From: Planctomycetota bacterium
GTDB lineage: Bacteria > Planctomycetota > MHYJ01 > JACQXL01
DNA length: 64,000 bases
Direction of reading: 5' to 3'
NCBI GenBank assembly: GCA_043808305.1
Contig: JAZDFB010000123.1
Location: 11,681-75,680 of the forward strand
A model generated the notes under the pieces. It was not told the origin of the DNA. It searched no databases and saw only the letters and a program-made list of their open reading frames with translations. Positions 46,847 to 55,590 of the stretch are shown here, piece after piece; the first letter of the stretch is position 1, and each line of letters begins with the position of its first letter. Both the position numbers and the translations under genes were made by a program.

Positions 46847-48427
46847 TTAATTTTGTCCCAGTCCCGCCTGTTTATTGCGCGCTCTTACAGCCAGAATATA
46901 GTATAACATCCACCCCAGATAAAATATTCCGGGGAACCTCAGGGACGCCTCTTCAGATTTGATATTATTATCATCCTTTGCATTATACCTGTAAAAAGGA
47001 AAACCTTGGCTGGTCTGGTAGCTTATTGGGTTAGCTGGTTTCAGGCTATTGCCTGTTTGATGCGATTTCCCTCCCAAATTCTGGTTGAAAACCAAACTAA
47101 TAACAAAAGTGGAAATTAACAGCCATTTCCACAGGGTTTTCATCAGTTGCTGGCTGATAATCGGTTTCTTGCCGTAACCATAAGAAAATCCGGTATCGGT
47201 TATGAAAGTCGGGAACGCGGCCGCATTGTGCTTAATGCAGTCTCTCAATACATACACCAACATGATAAGATTGAAAAAGAACAGTATTAAACCGCTGACA
47301 ACAAACTGGTCCTCGTTCAGGTTTGGCACGCTAATCACACTGATTACGGCCTGAACCAGGATGCTAACCGCCCATACGAGGAGAACCATATGCCTTTTGG
47401 TTTGCCACCAGCGTTTTCCCAAAAAGCTCTGGGGAATAGGCGGTTCTTTTTCGGCCGCAGCTTGCGGGGCAGCTTCGACCAAAGTCGGGCCCGAGGTGAT
47501 TTCCGTTATGGCTGTGCCCATCTCGCTTACCTTTTGGTAACGCCGGGCCGGTTCCTGTTCCAGCGATTTCAGGACGACATCACCCAGCCGGACATCAATC
47601 TGGACCTTGCGGCTGGGCAGTTCAAACCTGCCGACGGGCAGTTCGCCGGTGAGCATCTCGTAAAAAACCACGCCCAGCGAATAAATATCCGCCCGGTGGT
47701 CGACGTCCTTGGAATTTGTCCGCTGCTCCGGCGCCATATAATCCGGCGTGCCCATTATTTGCCGGGTGCACGTCACCGGATCGACCCGGATATCGCCCTT
47801 GACTATGCGCGCCAAGCCGAAATCGGCTATCTTTATCCGGCCGTTTTTATCCATCAGGAGGTTTTCCGGCTTGATATCGCGGTGGATAACGCCTTCGGAA
47901 TGGGCGTATTCCAGCGCATCGCAGAGCTGGGGAACAAGCATCAGCGCTCGCGCCGGCTGCAGCTTCCGGTCGGCTATCAAATCGCGCAGGGCCACCCCTT
48001 CCACTAACTCCATTACAAAATAGAACCGGCCGGCCGCCTGCCCCATATCATAAACCGCCACGATATTGGGATGCGACAAACTGGCCAGCGCCTTGGCTTC
48101 CCGGTCGAACCTCTTGGCGAATTCCTGGTCATTGGAAAGCTTGGCCGGCAGGACCTTAACCGCCACAAAGCGGTTCAATGATTTCTGGTAAGCCTTATAG
48201 ACCGTGCCCATCCCGCCCCGGCCTATCAGGCTGACAATCTTGTAAGGGCCGATGAACGAGTCATTGGGCAATACCGGCTCGTCGCTCGGAAAATCCGATT
48301 TCTGGCCCGGCGCAGATGCCGGCCCGGCGCCGGTCGAACCCATCGCGAATTGGGCAAGGCACTTGGCACAAGCGCCGGATGATTCTGATTTGTCTCCGCA
48401 TTTGGGGCAGATGTTTTCTTCTTTCAT
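46847..48427 (-). CDS. Hanks-type Ser/Thr kinase with N-terminal Zn-ribbon and a polytopic membrane C-terminus (paralog of 8249-10495)
   Basis: The first about 330 residues are roughly four-fifths identical by eye to the 8249 kinase, including MKEENICPKCG and HRDIKPENLL. The C-terminus has hydrophobic segments instead of the TPR-like repeats. Confidence 0.9.
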   Translation of the reverse strand: MKEENICPKCGDKSESSGACAKCLAQFAMGSTGAGPASAPGQKSDFPSDEPVLPNDSFIGPYKIVSLIGRGGMGTVYKAYQKSLNRFVAVKVLPAKLSNDQEFAKRFDREAKALASLSHPNIVAVYDMGQAAGRFYFVMELVEGVALRDLIADRKLQPARALMLVPQLCDALEYAHSEGVIHRDIKPENLLMDKNGRIKIADFGLARIVKGDIRVDPVTCTRQIMGTPDYMAPEQRTNSKDVDHRADIYSLGVVFYEMLTGELPVGRFELPSRKVQIDVRLGDVVLKSLEQEPARRYQKVSEMGTAITEITSGPTLVEAAPQAAAEKEPPIPQSFLGKRWWQTKRHMVLLVWAVSILVQAVISVISVPNLNEDQFVVSGLILFFFNLIMLVYVLRDCIKHNAAAFPTFITDTGFSYGYGKKPIISQQLMKTLWKWLLISTFVISLVFNQNLGGKSHQTGNSLKPANPISYQTSQGFPFYRYNAKDDNNIKSEEASLRFPGIFYLGWMLYYILAVRARNKQAGLGQN

Positions 48428-48458
48428 ATGATTATTATCCTTTTAGAGACTGTTAGCA

Positions 48459-48520
48459 CCCCGATACCACATCGGGGGGCGTTACAGTGTCTTATCCCGC
48501 TCTTTCCCAGAAAGAGCGGG
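48459..48520. repeat. Two perfect hairpins in the 5' leader region of the STK
   Basis: CCCCGAT-accac-ATCGGGG (48459-48477) and CCCGCTCTTTC-cca-GAAAGAGCGGG (48496-48520). Confidence 0.6.
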
Positions 48521-48744
48521 ACATTCCTTAAACTTCATCGGATGTCTTATCTACCACTATTAGACGGAAAACCCGGAATTCGTCTCAATAATTCTTATAA
48601 TTATTGGTAAAAAATCTGATTAGCGCCGCAACCTTTCTTTGTCCCCCCTGAACCGCTGCTTTATATAACAATTATACTTTATGCCTATTTAAACAACAAA
48701 AGCAAGAAGTTCTTTGAGCATAAAAGAGAGCTGTAACTTTAATT

Positions 48745-48870
48745 ATTTTGTGCTTTTTATCTTTCGTGCTTTCGTGGTTGCAGCTTAGTGTTTATCCGCG
48801 TGCTCTGTGTCTCTGTGGCTGTATTAATTAGTGCTTATTCGTGGTTTAATTATTTCGCGCCTTCGTGGTA
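48745..48870. repeat. Cluster of CGTGCTTTCGTGGTT-type short repeats
   Basis: TTTCGTGCTTTCGTGGTTG, GCGTGCTCTGTGTCTCTGTGGCTG, GTGCTTATTCGTGGTTT, CGCGCCTTCGTGGTAA. Relatives at 51541-51578, 27193-27232, and within the parB inverted repeat. Confidence 0.6.
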
Positions 48871-49026
48871 ATATTATAGCTGCAGTTTTCCCACGTCTCA
48901 CGCATTCTTATATATATGTAATCAGCGCGCCTTTAAGCTTAATTTGCTTGCATTTTTACATAAAAATAATACATTGCCGGTTAAATTTCACAATGAGGTG
49001 ATAAAAAAATACTGAAAGGAGTTCAT

Positions 49027-50274
49027 ATGAAAAAGATATCAATATTGGTTGTTGGATTGCTCCTGTTGCTGTGCAGCGCTTTGGCGTGTTCTTCAAGCGG
49101 CGCCGATAAAAAGGCCGACTCCGGCGGTAAAACCTGCAGTTGCTGCGGGCAAAAGAACGGCTCCGAAGGCAAGGCCTGCAGTTGCGGAAAAAAGACCGAT
49201 GCCGATAAACCCTGCGATTGCGGCTGCGGATGCGGCAATAAAAAGGCCGACTCCGACGGCAATGCCTGCGGTTGCTGCGGCAAAAAGACCGACTCTGACG
49301 GCAAAAAAACCTGCGGTTGCGGCGATAAGGCCGGCGACTCTCAGCAAACAAGCGGCTGCAAATGCGGCAACGGCTGCAGCTGCGGCGGAGGATGCGGCGG
49401 CGGCAGGCAACTCACCAAGGAATCCATCCCCGAACTGGTAAAACAGCTGGCCGACCCGGAAGTGAACAACCGCCTTACCGCCCTGCAAGGCATTTATATG
49501 CTCAATGCCAGGGAAGCCACCCCGGAAATAATCAAACTCATCAACGACCCGGACAACAACGTGCGCTCAACGGCCGTTTATATCCTGGCGCTGTTCGAAG
49601 CCAAGGAAGCCATCCCGGAAATAATGAAACTGCTCGACAACCCGGACGAAGACGTGGTCGAAGTGGCCGTAATCGCATTGGGACAGCTCGGCGCCAGGGA
49701 AGCCGTCCCGCAGATAATGAAACTGCTGGATTCCCCAAACGAGGATGCCCGCGCCTCATCGGCCCAGGCCCTGGGGAAACTCGGCGTCACCGAAGCCGTC
49801 CCCCAAATAATAAAACTGCTGGATGACCCGGAAAAGGATGTGCAACTGTGCGCCGTTTACGCCTTAGGGCAGCTCGGCGCAAAAGAAACCATCCCCCAAC
49901 TGCTGAAAATGCTCTACCAGCCTGAAGAACAGGCCCACCTGACAGTCGCCGCGGCCCTGGCCAAACTGGGCAACCGGGACGGCATCGACGAACTGGTCAA
50001 AGTGATGAATAATTCAAAGAATTTACAGTTCCAGGCCATCGCCGGACTGGTCCTGGTAGAAACCGGCGCAAAGGGCAAAGTAACCAAAGAAGCCGTGGAA
50101 AGCATCCAGTATGCCGCATACTGGCCCGGCGAATACGGCACCCGCGCCCGGGCCGCGCTCAAGGAACTGGGCGTCGAGCTCAAGGAACAGGCGGACCTGA
50201 AACCGCCGGTAATCAAAGAATCCGAAGAAGACGAAAAAGACAACGAAGATAACGAGGAAGAAGAAGGCGAATAA
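49027..50274 (+). CDS. Lipoprotein: metallothionein-like Cys-rich region fused to HEAT (PBS-lyase type) repeats
   Basis: Lipobox ALAC. About 100 aa of C-x-C/CGC units (CSCCGQK, CSCGKK, CDCGCGCGNK, CGCCGKK, CGCGDK, CKCGNGCSCGGGCGGG). Then at least five repeats of EA(I/V)P(E/Q)I(I/M)KLL(D/N).P(D/N)..V. An acidic tail. Confidence 0.8.
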   Translation: MKKISILVVGLLLLLCSALACSSSGADKKADSGGKTCSCCGQKNGSEGKACSCGKKTDADKPCDCGCGCGNKKADSDGNACGCCGKKTDSDGKKTCGCGDKAGDSQQTSGCKCGNGCSCGGGCGGGRQLTKESIPELVKQLADPEVNNRLTALQGIYMLNAREATPEIIKLINDPDNNVRSTAVYILALFEAKEAIPEIMKLLDNPDEDVVEVAVIALGQLGAREAVPQIMKLLDSPNEDARASSAQALGKLGVTEAVPQIIKLLDDPEKDVQLCAVYALGQLGAKETIPQLLKMLYQPEEQAHLTVAAALAKLGNRDGIDELVKVMNNSKNLQFQAIAGLVLVETGAKGKVTKEAVESIQYAAYWPGEYGTRARAALKELGVELKEQADLKPPVIKESEEDEKDNEDNEEEEGE

Positions 50275-50361
50275 TTGATTCCTCGTGGGAGTCTCGCGAA
50301 ACAGCCGCGCCTTATATTATAATACCTTAAGGTATAACACTATAAATATACCTAATGGTAT

Positions 50362-50415
50362 AAGGAATCCAGGAGGACAGGAGTAAGAAATTTCTCTTGG
50401 TTTCCTGGCCTCCTT
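50362..50415. repeat. AAGGAA(T/C)CCAGGA hairpin repeat
   Basis: AAGGAATCCAGGAGG...TTTCCTGGCCTCCTT. A full copy lies at 56200-56247, and half copies at 2611-2634 and 51342-51365. Confidence 0.7.
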
Positions 50416-50640
50416 ATAGAATATAATTAAACAGTGACTTTAAGAGACTTTATTAGACTTATCCCGCCTAAATTAGTCTCCTGCCGGTCTTTTTAAGTCC
50501 CTGTAAATAACATTCGTGTTAATCCGGGGTTAGTACATATCCGGGTTTATATATCCGCAAAACCCCTTGACATCCCTCCCTTGATTTAGTACTGTTTCAT
50601 CCAAAATCAATCGTTCCTGATGATGAAAGGAGAAAATACT

Positions 50641-51339
50641 ATGTATCACCTTAAGGCTTATCGGGATGGATTGCCGGCGCTGGTTATTTTGGCGCTTATC
50701 GGCCTGGCAGCGGGCTGCGCCTCTCACGCTAACTACACCACTCATTCCACCCAGGTTTTAATCGCGGGGAATTCCGTTACCATTATCGAGCAAAACAACG
50801 ATAATTGCAGGGAGGCCTCGATTGAAAAAGAAGGTAAAGAAATCAAGGCGTTTAAAATCAAGGAAAACGGCGTCGAGCGCGCGCCGACTCCCGATGATAA
50901 AAAGTGGGTTTCAAAATATGTCAACCTTGACACCTGGGTTGTTAGCGACGGCGCCTCGCCCACCGATGAGCCCGTAAAATCCGAAATCAAATTGCTTGTG
51001 GAAAAAGAGCAGATTGATGTCGGGAAAGCCGTCTCTGAAATAAAGAAACTGCATTATTCCTCGGACAAAAAAGAATATCTGCTGGCAATGGCAAATCGCA
51101 AGGACCTTTTGCCCGCAGACTGCGAGCTCTTGGCCGCCGCCGCGCTTGACATCATTAATTTTGACAGCGAGAAAACAGAGGTTTTGACGGCTGTGATTAA
51201 TAATCCCTATGCCGATTCCAAAACCAGGAAACTGATATTTGACAACATAGACCGGGTGGCTTTTGACTCGGACAAGATTAAACTGATGAAATTATTGCTC
51301 CAGCGCGCGGAAAAGGACTTCCTTATAGAATACAATTAA
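50641..51339 (+). CDS. Lipoprotein with a DUF4476-like C-terminal repeat region (tentative)
   Basis: Start MYHLKAY behind AAAGGAG. Lipobox LAAGC. The C-terminal helical repeats F(D/S)S(D/E)K..(V/L) are reminiscent of DUF4476. Confidence 0.55.
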   Translation: MYHLKAYRDGLPALVILALIGLAAGCASHANYTTHSTQVLIAGNSVTIIEQNNDNCREASIEKEGKEIKAFKIKENGVERAPTPDDKKWVSKYVNLDTWVVSDGASPTDEPVKSEIKLLVEKEQIDVGKAVSEIKKLHYSSDKKEYLLAMANRKDLLPADCELLAAAALDIINFDSEKTEVLTAVINNPYADSKTRKLIFDNIDRVAFDSDKIKLMKLLLQRAEKDFLIEYN

Positions 51340-51367
51340 ATAAGGAACCCAGGAGGCCAAGAAAAAT

Positions 51368-51578
51368 TATTAGTGGCAGTTCGACCCCCGCCTGAAGCGG
51401 GGTAAACTCCGGGAGTTAGTGGCAGTGCAAAGCCTCCCTTTAGGGGCTTATCCCCGAGCCATAGCGAGTGGGAATAACGGGGTCTATTCGCGGTTTAATC
51501 TACCACGAAAACTCGAAATAAATAAAAGCTTAAATTATTTCGTGCTTCTTATCTTTCGTGCCTTCGTGGTTGTAGTAA
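51368..51578. repeat. Intergenic mosaic repeats
   Basis: TTAGTGGCAGT twice. CCCCGCCTGAAGCGGGG hairpin. ACCACGAAAA ... TTTCGTGCCTTCGTGGTTG. Confidence 0.7.
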
Positions 51579-51591
51579 AGAAAGGATATTT

Positions 51592-52848
51592 ATGTGGACA
51601 GATAACGACATCAAAAAGGTATTCAACCGCATCCATCAGCTTCAGAACGAGATGGTCCGCCTGCAGGCCGGGCTGACCGCCATACCGGCGCTTTCACCCA
51701 TTAACAAAGGCATCGGCGAGGTAAAAAAGGCGGATTACCTCAAGAAGGAGCTCCGAAAATTAGGCTTTGACCGCATCGAAGAATACCGCGCGCCCGACAA
51801 ATCCGTGCCCTGCGGCTACCGGCCCAATCTGGTTGCACGGGTCAAAGGCGCAAACCATTCCAAGACCGTCTGGCTGATAAGCCATATAGATGTCGTTCCG
51901 CCCGGCGCCCGCAACCTCTGGCTGACCGACCCGTACAAGGCCGTGGTCAAGGACGGCAAAATCTACGGCCGGGGCACCGAGGACAACCAGCAGGCCATCG
52001 TCAGCTCCGTTTTCGCGGCCAAGGCAATCAAGGACCTGAACCTGACGCCGGAATACGATATCGCCCTGGGATTCCTGGCTGACGAGGAAACCGGCAGTCA
52101 ATTCGGCATCAGGAACTTATTGGAACACCAGAAACTATTCCGGAAACAGGATATCATCATCGTGCCGGACAGCGGGCGTCCGGACAGCCGCGAAATAGAG
52201 ATAGCCGAGAAAACAGTCCTCTGGCTCAAGATAACGGTCAAAGGCCGCCAATGCCACGCATCGATGCCGCATAAAGGAATCAACGCCCATCGGGCCGGCG
52301 CCCAACTGCTCTGCCGGCTGGATGACGTCCTGCACCGGCAGTTCAAAACCAAAGACCGGCTGTTCAATCCGGCCGTATCCACCTTTGAGCCGACCAAGAA
52401 AGACGCCAACGTCGAGAACGTCAACACCATTCCGGGCGAGGACGTATTCTACTTCGACTGCCGGATATTGCCCAGATACAAAACGGAGCATATCAAGCGG
52501 GTATTCAGGCAGGAGGCCGCTAAGATAGAGGCCAAGTTCAAGGTAAAAATTAGCATAGAGATAGCCAACGAATCAGGCGCATCCTATACCGCCCCGACCG
52601 CCGAGGCGGTCCGGATGCTCAGCGCATCCATCAGGTATGTCACCGGCCGCAAACCGGTGCTGGTCGGGATAGGCGGCGGGACATTTGCGGCGCACTTCAG
52701 GCAGGCCGGATACCCGGCCGTAGTCTGGTCCACCCTGGGCGAACTGGCCCACCAGCCCAACGAATACTGCCTGATAAAGAATATGATAACCGACACCAAG
52801 GTCTTTGCATGCTTATCCAGCGGGATTAGTGCAAATGTAACGACTTAG
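51592..52848 (+). CDS. M20-family metallohydrolase (ArgE/DapE-like)
   Basis: 418 aa. SHIDVVP, GRGTEDNQQ, ADEETGS, and the dimerisation-domain pattern. Confidence 0.82.
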   Translation: MWTDNDIKKVFNRIHQLQNEMVRLQAGLTAIPALSPINKGIGEVKKADYLKKELRKLGFDRIEEYRAPDKSVPCGYRPNLVARVKGANHSKTVWLISHIDVVPPGARNLWLTDPYKAVVKDGKIYGRGTEDNQQAIVSSVFAAKAIKDLNLTPEYDIALGFLADEETGSQFGIRNLLEHQKLFRKQDIIIVPDSGRPDSREIEIAEKTVLWLKITVKGRQCHASMPHKGINAHRAGAQLLCRLDDVLHRQFKTKDRLFNPAVSTFEPTKKDANVENVNTIPGEDVFYFDCRILPRYKTEHIKRVFRQEAAKIEAKFKVKISIEIANESGASYTAPTAEAVRMLSASIRYVTGRKPVLVGIGGGTFAAHFRQAGYPAVVWSTLGELAHQPNEYCLIKNMITDTKVFACLSSGISANVTT

Positions 52849-52879
52849 TGGCCGCGGATTATTTATTATTCAGGATATG

Positions 52880-53248
52880 TTATTTCTTCCGGGAGGAAAT
52901 GGTATGGTCAAAGATATTCTGGGCGATGTTGCGGATTTTCCTGATTTGGTTAGGTAGCTTGGTTTTAAGGTATAACTGAGATTCTGTTAAAAGAGGCCTC
53001 AACGCCTTAATGCTTCTTTGATTAATCTCCTTATCAAAATTGATAAGTTTGGACAGAGGCATATTAAGCTTGGCGGCCATCTTATAAAGATTTTCCAGCC
53101 GGGGGGAGGTTTCGCCTCTTTCTATCAGCCCGATGGCGTCCTCGGACATCTCCACAAGCCGGGCAAATTCCGCCCGTTTCAGATTCATTCCTTTGCGAAG
53201 CGCTTTGATTCTTGCGCCTAACAATTTGGCAATACTAATCTCTGTCAT
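52880..53248 (-). CDS. XRE-family HTH transcriptional regulator (paralog of 32516-32878)
   Basis: 122 aa. LGARIKALRKGMNLKRAEFARLVEMSEDAIGLIERGETSPRLENLYKMA. KIRNIAQNIFDHT. Divergent from the 53479 surface-protein gene. Confidence 0.85.
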   Translation of the reverse strand: MTEISIAKLLGARIKALRKGMNLKRAEFARLVEMSEDAIGLIERGETSPRLENLYKMAAKLNMPLSKLINFDKEINQRSIKALRPLLTESQLYLKTKLPNQIRKIRNIAQNIFDHTISSRKK

Positions 53249-53319
53249 ATAACATCTCTCTATAGCATCTTTATGCTCATAAATCTTAATTTTCTCGGTA
53301 TTTTTACATTAATGATATT

Positions 53320-53349
53320 CAGTAAATAATATTACTGATAAATATCAGT
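53320..53349. promoter_or_regulatory. Two overlapping palindromes abutting the -35 (operator candidate)
   Basis: CAGTAA-ataata-TTACTG (53320-53337) and ACTGATA-aa-TATCAGT (53334-53349), 7 nt upstream of TTGACA. Confidence 0.4.
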
Positions 53350-53356
53350 ATTTTGC

Positions 53357-53420
53357 TTGACAAGATTGTATAAGAGACTATAGATAGGGGATAGGGGGTG
53401 AGGGATAAAATATATCCCCC
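53357..53420 (+). promoter_or_regulatory. Promoter candidate plus G-tract leader of the 53479 gene
   Basis: GCTTGACA (TTGACA at 53357-53362), TAGAT(A), then GGGGATAGGGGGTGAGGGATAAAATATATCCCCC. Collinear with the minus-strand sequence at 32404-32345. Confidence 0.5.
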
Positions 53421-53478
53421 GAAGTGGTAAAAATTCCACCATAGCTCGTAGGGCGACGGTGGGGAAGGAAGATGGTTT

Positions 53479-55110
53479 ATGAAAAAGAGAGCGCTGTGGT
53501 TTATTGCAGTGTTGGCATTTGTAGTTTATGTAACGAGTTTTAATTACGGCGGTGGCGGAGGCGGAAGTAGCAGTGGCAGTAGCGGTACACCAACCCCAAC
53601 TGCACCTGCCCAGGCAACATCTCCAACCCCGGCTAATAGCGCAACTAATGTGATAACAAATACTCAAGTCTCTTGGGCTTCTGTCAGCGGCGCTACCTCT
53701 TATGATGTCTATTTCGGCACGACCTCGCCCGGAACACTTATCGGTAATCAGTCCGGCACGGCTTATAATCCCGGAACACTTACATATAATACCACCTATT
53801 ACTGGAGAATCGACTCTAAAAATTCTGTCGGCACAACCACTGGCACGGTCTGGAGTTTTACTACTCAATTGGCTCAGGTGACCACGCCTACTCCGGCTTA
53901 TGCCGCAATTTATGTTCCAATAACTACAACATTAACCTGGTCATCAGCCAGCGGCGCTACTTCTTATGATGTCTATTTCGGCACAAGCAGTCCGGGAATA
54001 TTTATAGGTAATCAAACAGGCACGAGTTATAATCCGGGCACGTTGAATTCTGGCACCACCTATTACTGGCGGATTGACTCAAAGAATACTGGTGGCACAA
54101 CCACAGGAACTCTCTGGGGTTTTGTTACTGCCCCATGGGCCTGTTCCATCCTTGATTCTACAGGCTATGTAGGGGTATTCACATCCATTGTTTTTGACCT
54201 TAATGATAAGATGCATATCAGTTATTGGGATGTGGCCAATTTTGATCTGAAATATGCGACCAACGCCTCTGGCACCTGGGTCTGTTCCACTATTGATTCT
54301 ACAGACAATGTTGGGATGTACACCTCCATTGCCATGGACTCTAATAATAAGACGCATATCAGTTATTATGATGTAACCAATGGTAACCTGAAATATGCGA
54401 CCAATGCCTCCGGCGCATGGGTCTGTTCCACCATTGATTCAACAGGTGATGTCGGGCAGTACACCTCCATTGCCATTGGCTCTTATGTATATATAAGTTA
54501 TTATGATGTTACCAATGGTAACCTGAAATATGCGACCAATGTCACCGGTTCCTGGGTCTGTTCCACCCTTGATTCTACAGGCGATGTCGGGCAGTATACA
54601 TCTATTGTCCTTGACTCTAATTATGATCTACATATCAGTTATTATGATGTAACCAATGGTAACCTGAAATATGCGACTACTGCCTCCAGCGTTTGGGTTT
54701 GTTCCACCCTTGATTCTACAGGTGATGTCGGGCAGTACACATCCATTGCTCGTAACGCTACTAATAAGGTATATATCAGTTATTATGATGTAACCAATGG
54801 TAACCTGAAATTGGCGACTGACGCCTCCGGCGCATGGGTTAATATCAACATGGATTCTACAGACGATGTTGGGCAGTACACCTCCATTGCTCTTGACTCT
54901 AATGGTATTCTGCATATCAGTTATTATGATTACACCAATGGCAACCTGAAATATGCGACTTTTACCTCCGGTGCATTTGTCTATTCTACCCTTGATTCTA
55001 CAGGCGATGTCGGGCTGTACACCTCCATTGCTCTTGACTCTACGAATAAAGTGCATATCAGTTATCATGATAATACCAATTTTGACCTGAAATATGTGAC
55101 CAATAAATGA
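53479..55110 (+). CDS. Secreted protein: two YYWR Ig-like modules plus a seven-repeat beta-propeller-like domain
   Basis: Signal MKKRALWFIAVLAFVVYVTSFNYGGGGGGSSS, nearly identical to that of 29759-32332. Two SW.S.SGATSYDVYFGT.SPG..IGNQ.GT.YNPGTL...TTYYWRIDSKN..GTTTGT.W.F.T modules. Seven about 47-aa repeats W(V/A)CST(I/L)DSTGDVGQYTSIA.DSN...HISYYDVTNGNLKYAT. Confidence 0.85.
   Translation: MKKRALWFIAVLAFVVYVTSFNYGGGGGGSSSGSSGTPTPTAPAQATSPTPANSATNVITNTQVSWASVSGATSYDVYFGTTSPGTLIGNQSGTAYNPGTLTYNTTYYWRIDSKNSVGTTTGTVWSFTTQLAQVTTPTPAYAAIYVPITTTLTWSSASGATSYDVYFGTSSPGIFIGNQTGTSYNPGTLNSGTTYYWRIDSKNTGGTTTGTLWGFVTAPWACSILDSTGYVGVFTSIVFDLNDKMHISYWDVANFDLKYATNASGTWVCSTIDSTDNVGMYTSIAMDSNNKTHISYYDVTNGNLKYATNASGAWVCSTIDSTGDVGQYTSIAIGSYVYISYYDVTNGNLKYATNVTGSWVCSTLDSTGDVGQYTSIVLDSNYDLHISYYDVTNGNLKYATTASSVWVCSTLDSTGDVGQYTSIARNATNKVYISYYDVTNGNLKLATDASGAWVNINMDSTDDVGQYTSIALDSNGILHISYYDYTNGNLKYATFTSGAFVYSTLDSTGDVGLYTSIALDSTNKVHISYHDNTNFDLKYVTNK
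54136..55107 (+). repeat. Intragenic tandem repeats (7 x about 141 nt)
   Basis: Long near-identical nucleotide strings recur, e.g. ATATCAGTTATTATGATGTAACCAATGGTAACCTGAAATATGCGAC near 54356, 54632 and 54774, with a slightly variant copy near 54494. Confidence 0.85.
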
Positions 55111-55328
55111 CACGTGGAACGTTATCAACCAGAGGTCTTTAGCGAGACGGGGAGCTTGTCTAAAAGCTCTTTTACGAGACGGATAAAACGTTTGTAAAGC
55201 CCTTGGTGGAATAACCCGTAAATGCTGATGTTATACGGTAATATGGGCAGTAAGACAAATTAACAGAAATATTTTATAAACAAGGTAGCAAGGTGGGTTT
55301 TTATTGGCCATAGAAAGGAAAGGTATGT

Positions 55329-55412
55329 ATGCGTTGTAAAAAATGCCATAAAGAGATAGTCCCTGAGTATAAAGGAGATTACCGCTGTTGTCCCTTTTGT
55401 GGAGAACTGTAG
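55329..55412 (+). CDS. Possible 27-aa Zn-ribbon micro-protein MRCKKCHKEIVPEYKGDYRCCPFCGEL
   Basis: Own translation. CxxC...CCxxC. Weak RBS AGGAAAGG upstream. Too short to call with confidence. Confidence 0.25.
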   Translation: MRCKKCHKEIVPEYKGDYRCCPFCGEL

Positions 55413-55489
55413 TCGGGCTGGTGACACACACCTGATTTTGTAATCCGCTTACCAGGCTCATTTCAAGGTGTTGTTTTTAATAAACAAAC

Positions 55490-55590
55490 ATCCCCCATAC
55501 CCCTTTACCTGCCATAGGTTACCACCCACCATACCGCGGGATACTCCGGTACCTGCCATAGGCTCTACCCCATACTTCCATACGCATTAC
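55490..55590. repeat. CCATAC / TACCTGCCATAGG short repeats
   Basis: TACCTGCCATAGG at 55506 and 55550 (44-nt period). C(C)CATAC at 55495, 55529, 55569 and 55579. Confidence 0.6.

Noticed and set aside
48956-49488. Several 90-130-aa ORFs in alternative frames and strands over the Cys-rich region (48956-49351, 49049-49441, 49093-49488, 49362-49826).
   Set aside because: They are artefacts of the GC-rich degenerate tandem repeat encoding the CGC units. Only the frame starting at 49027 has an RBS and a lipoprotein signal, and continues into recognisable HEAT repeats.
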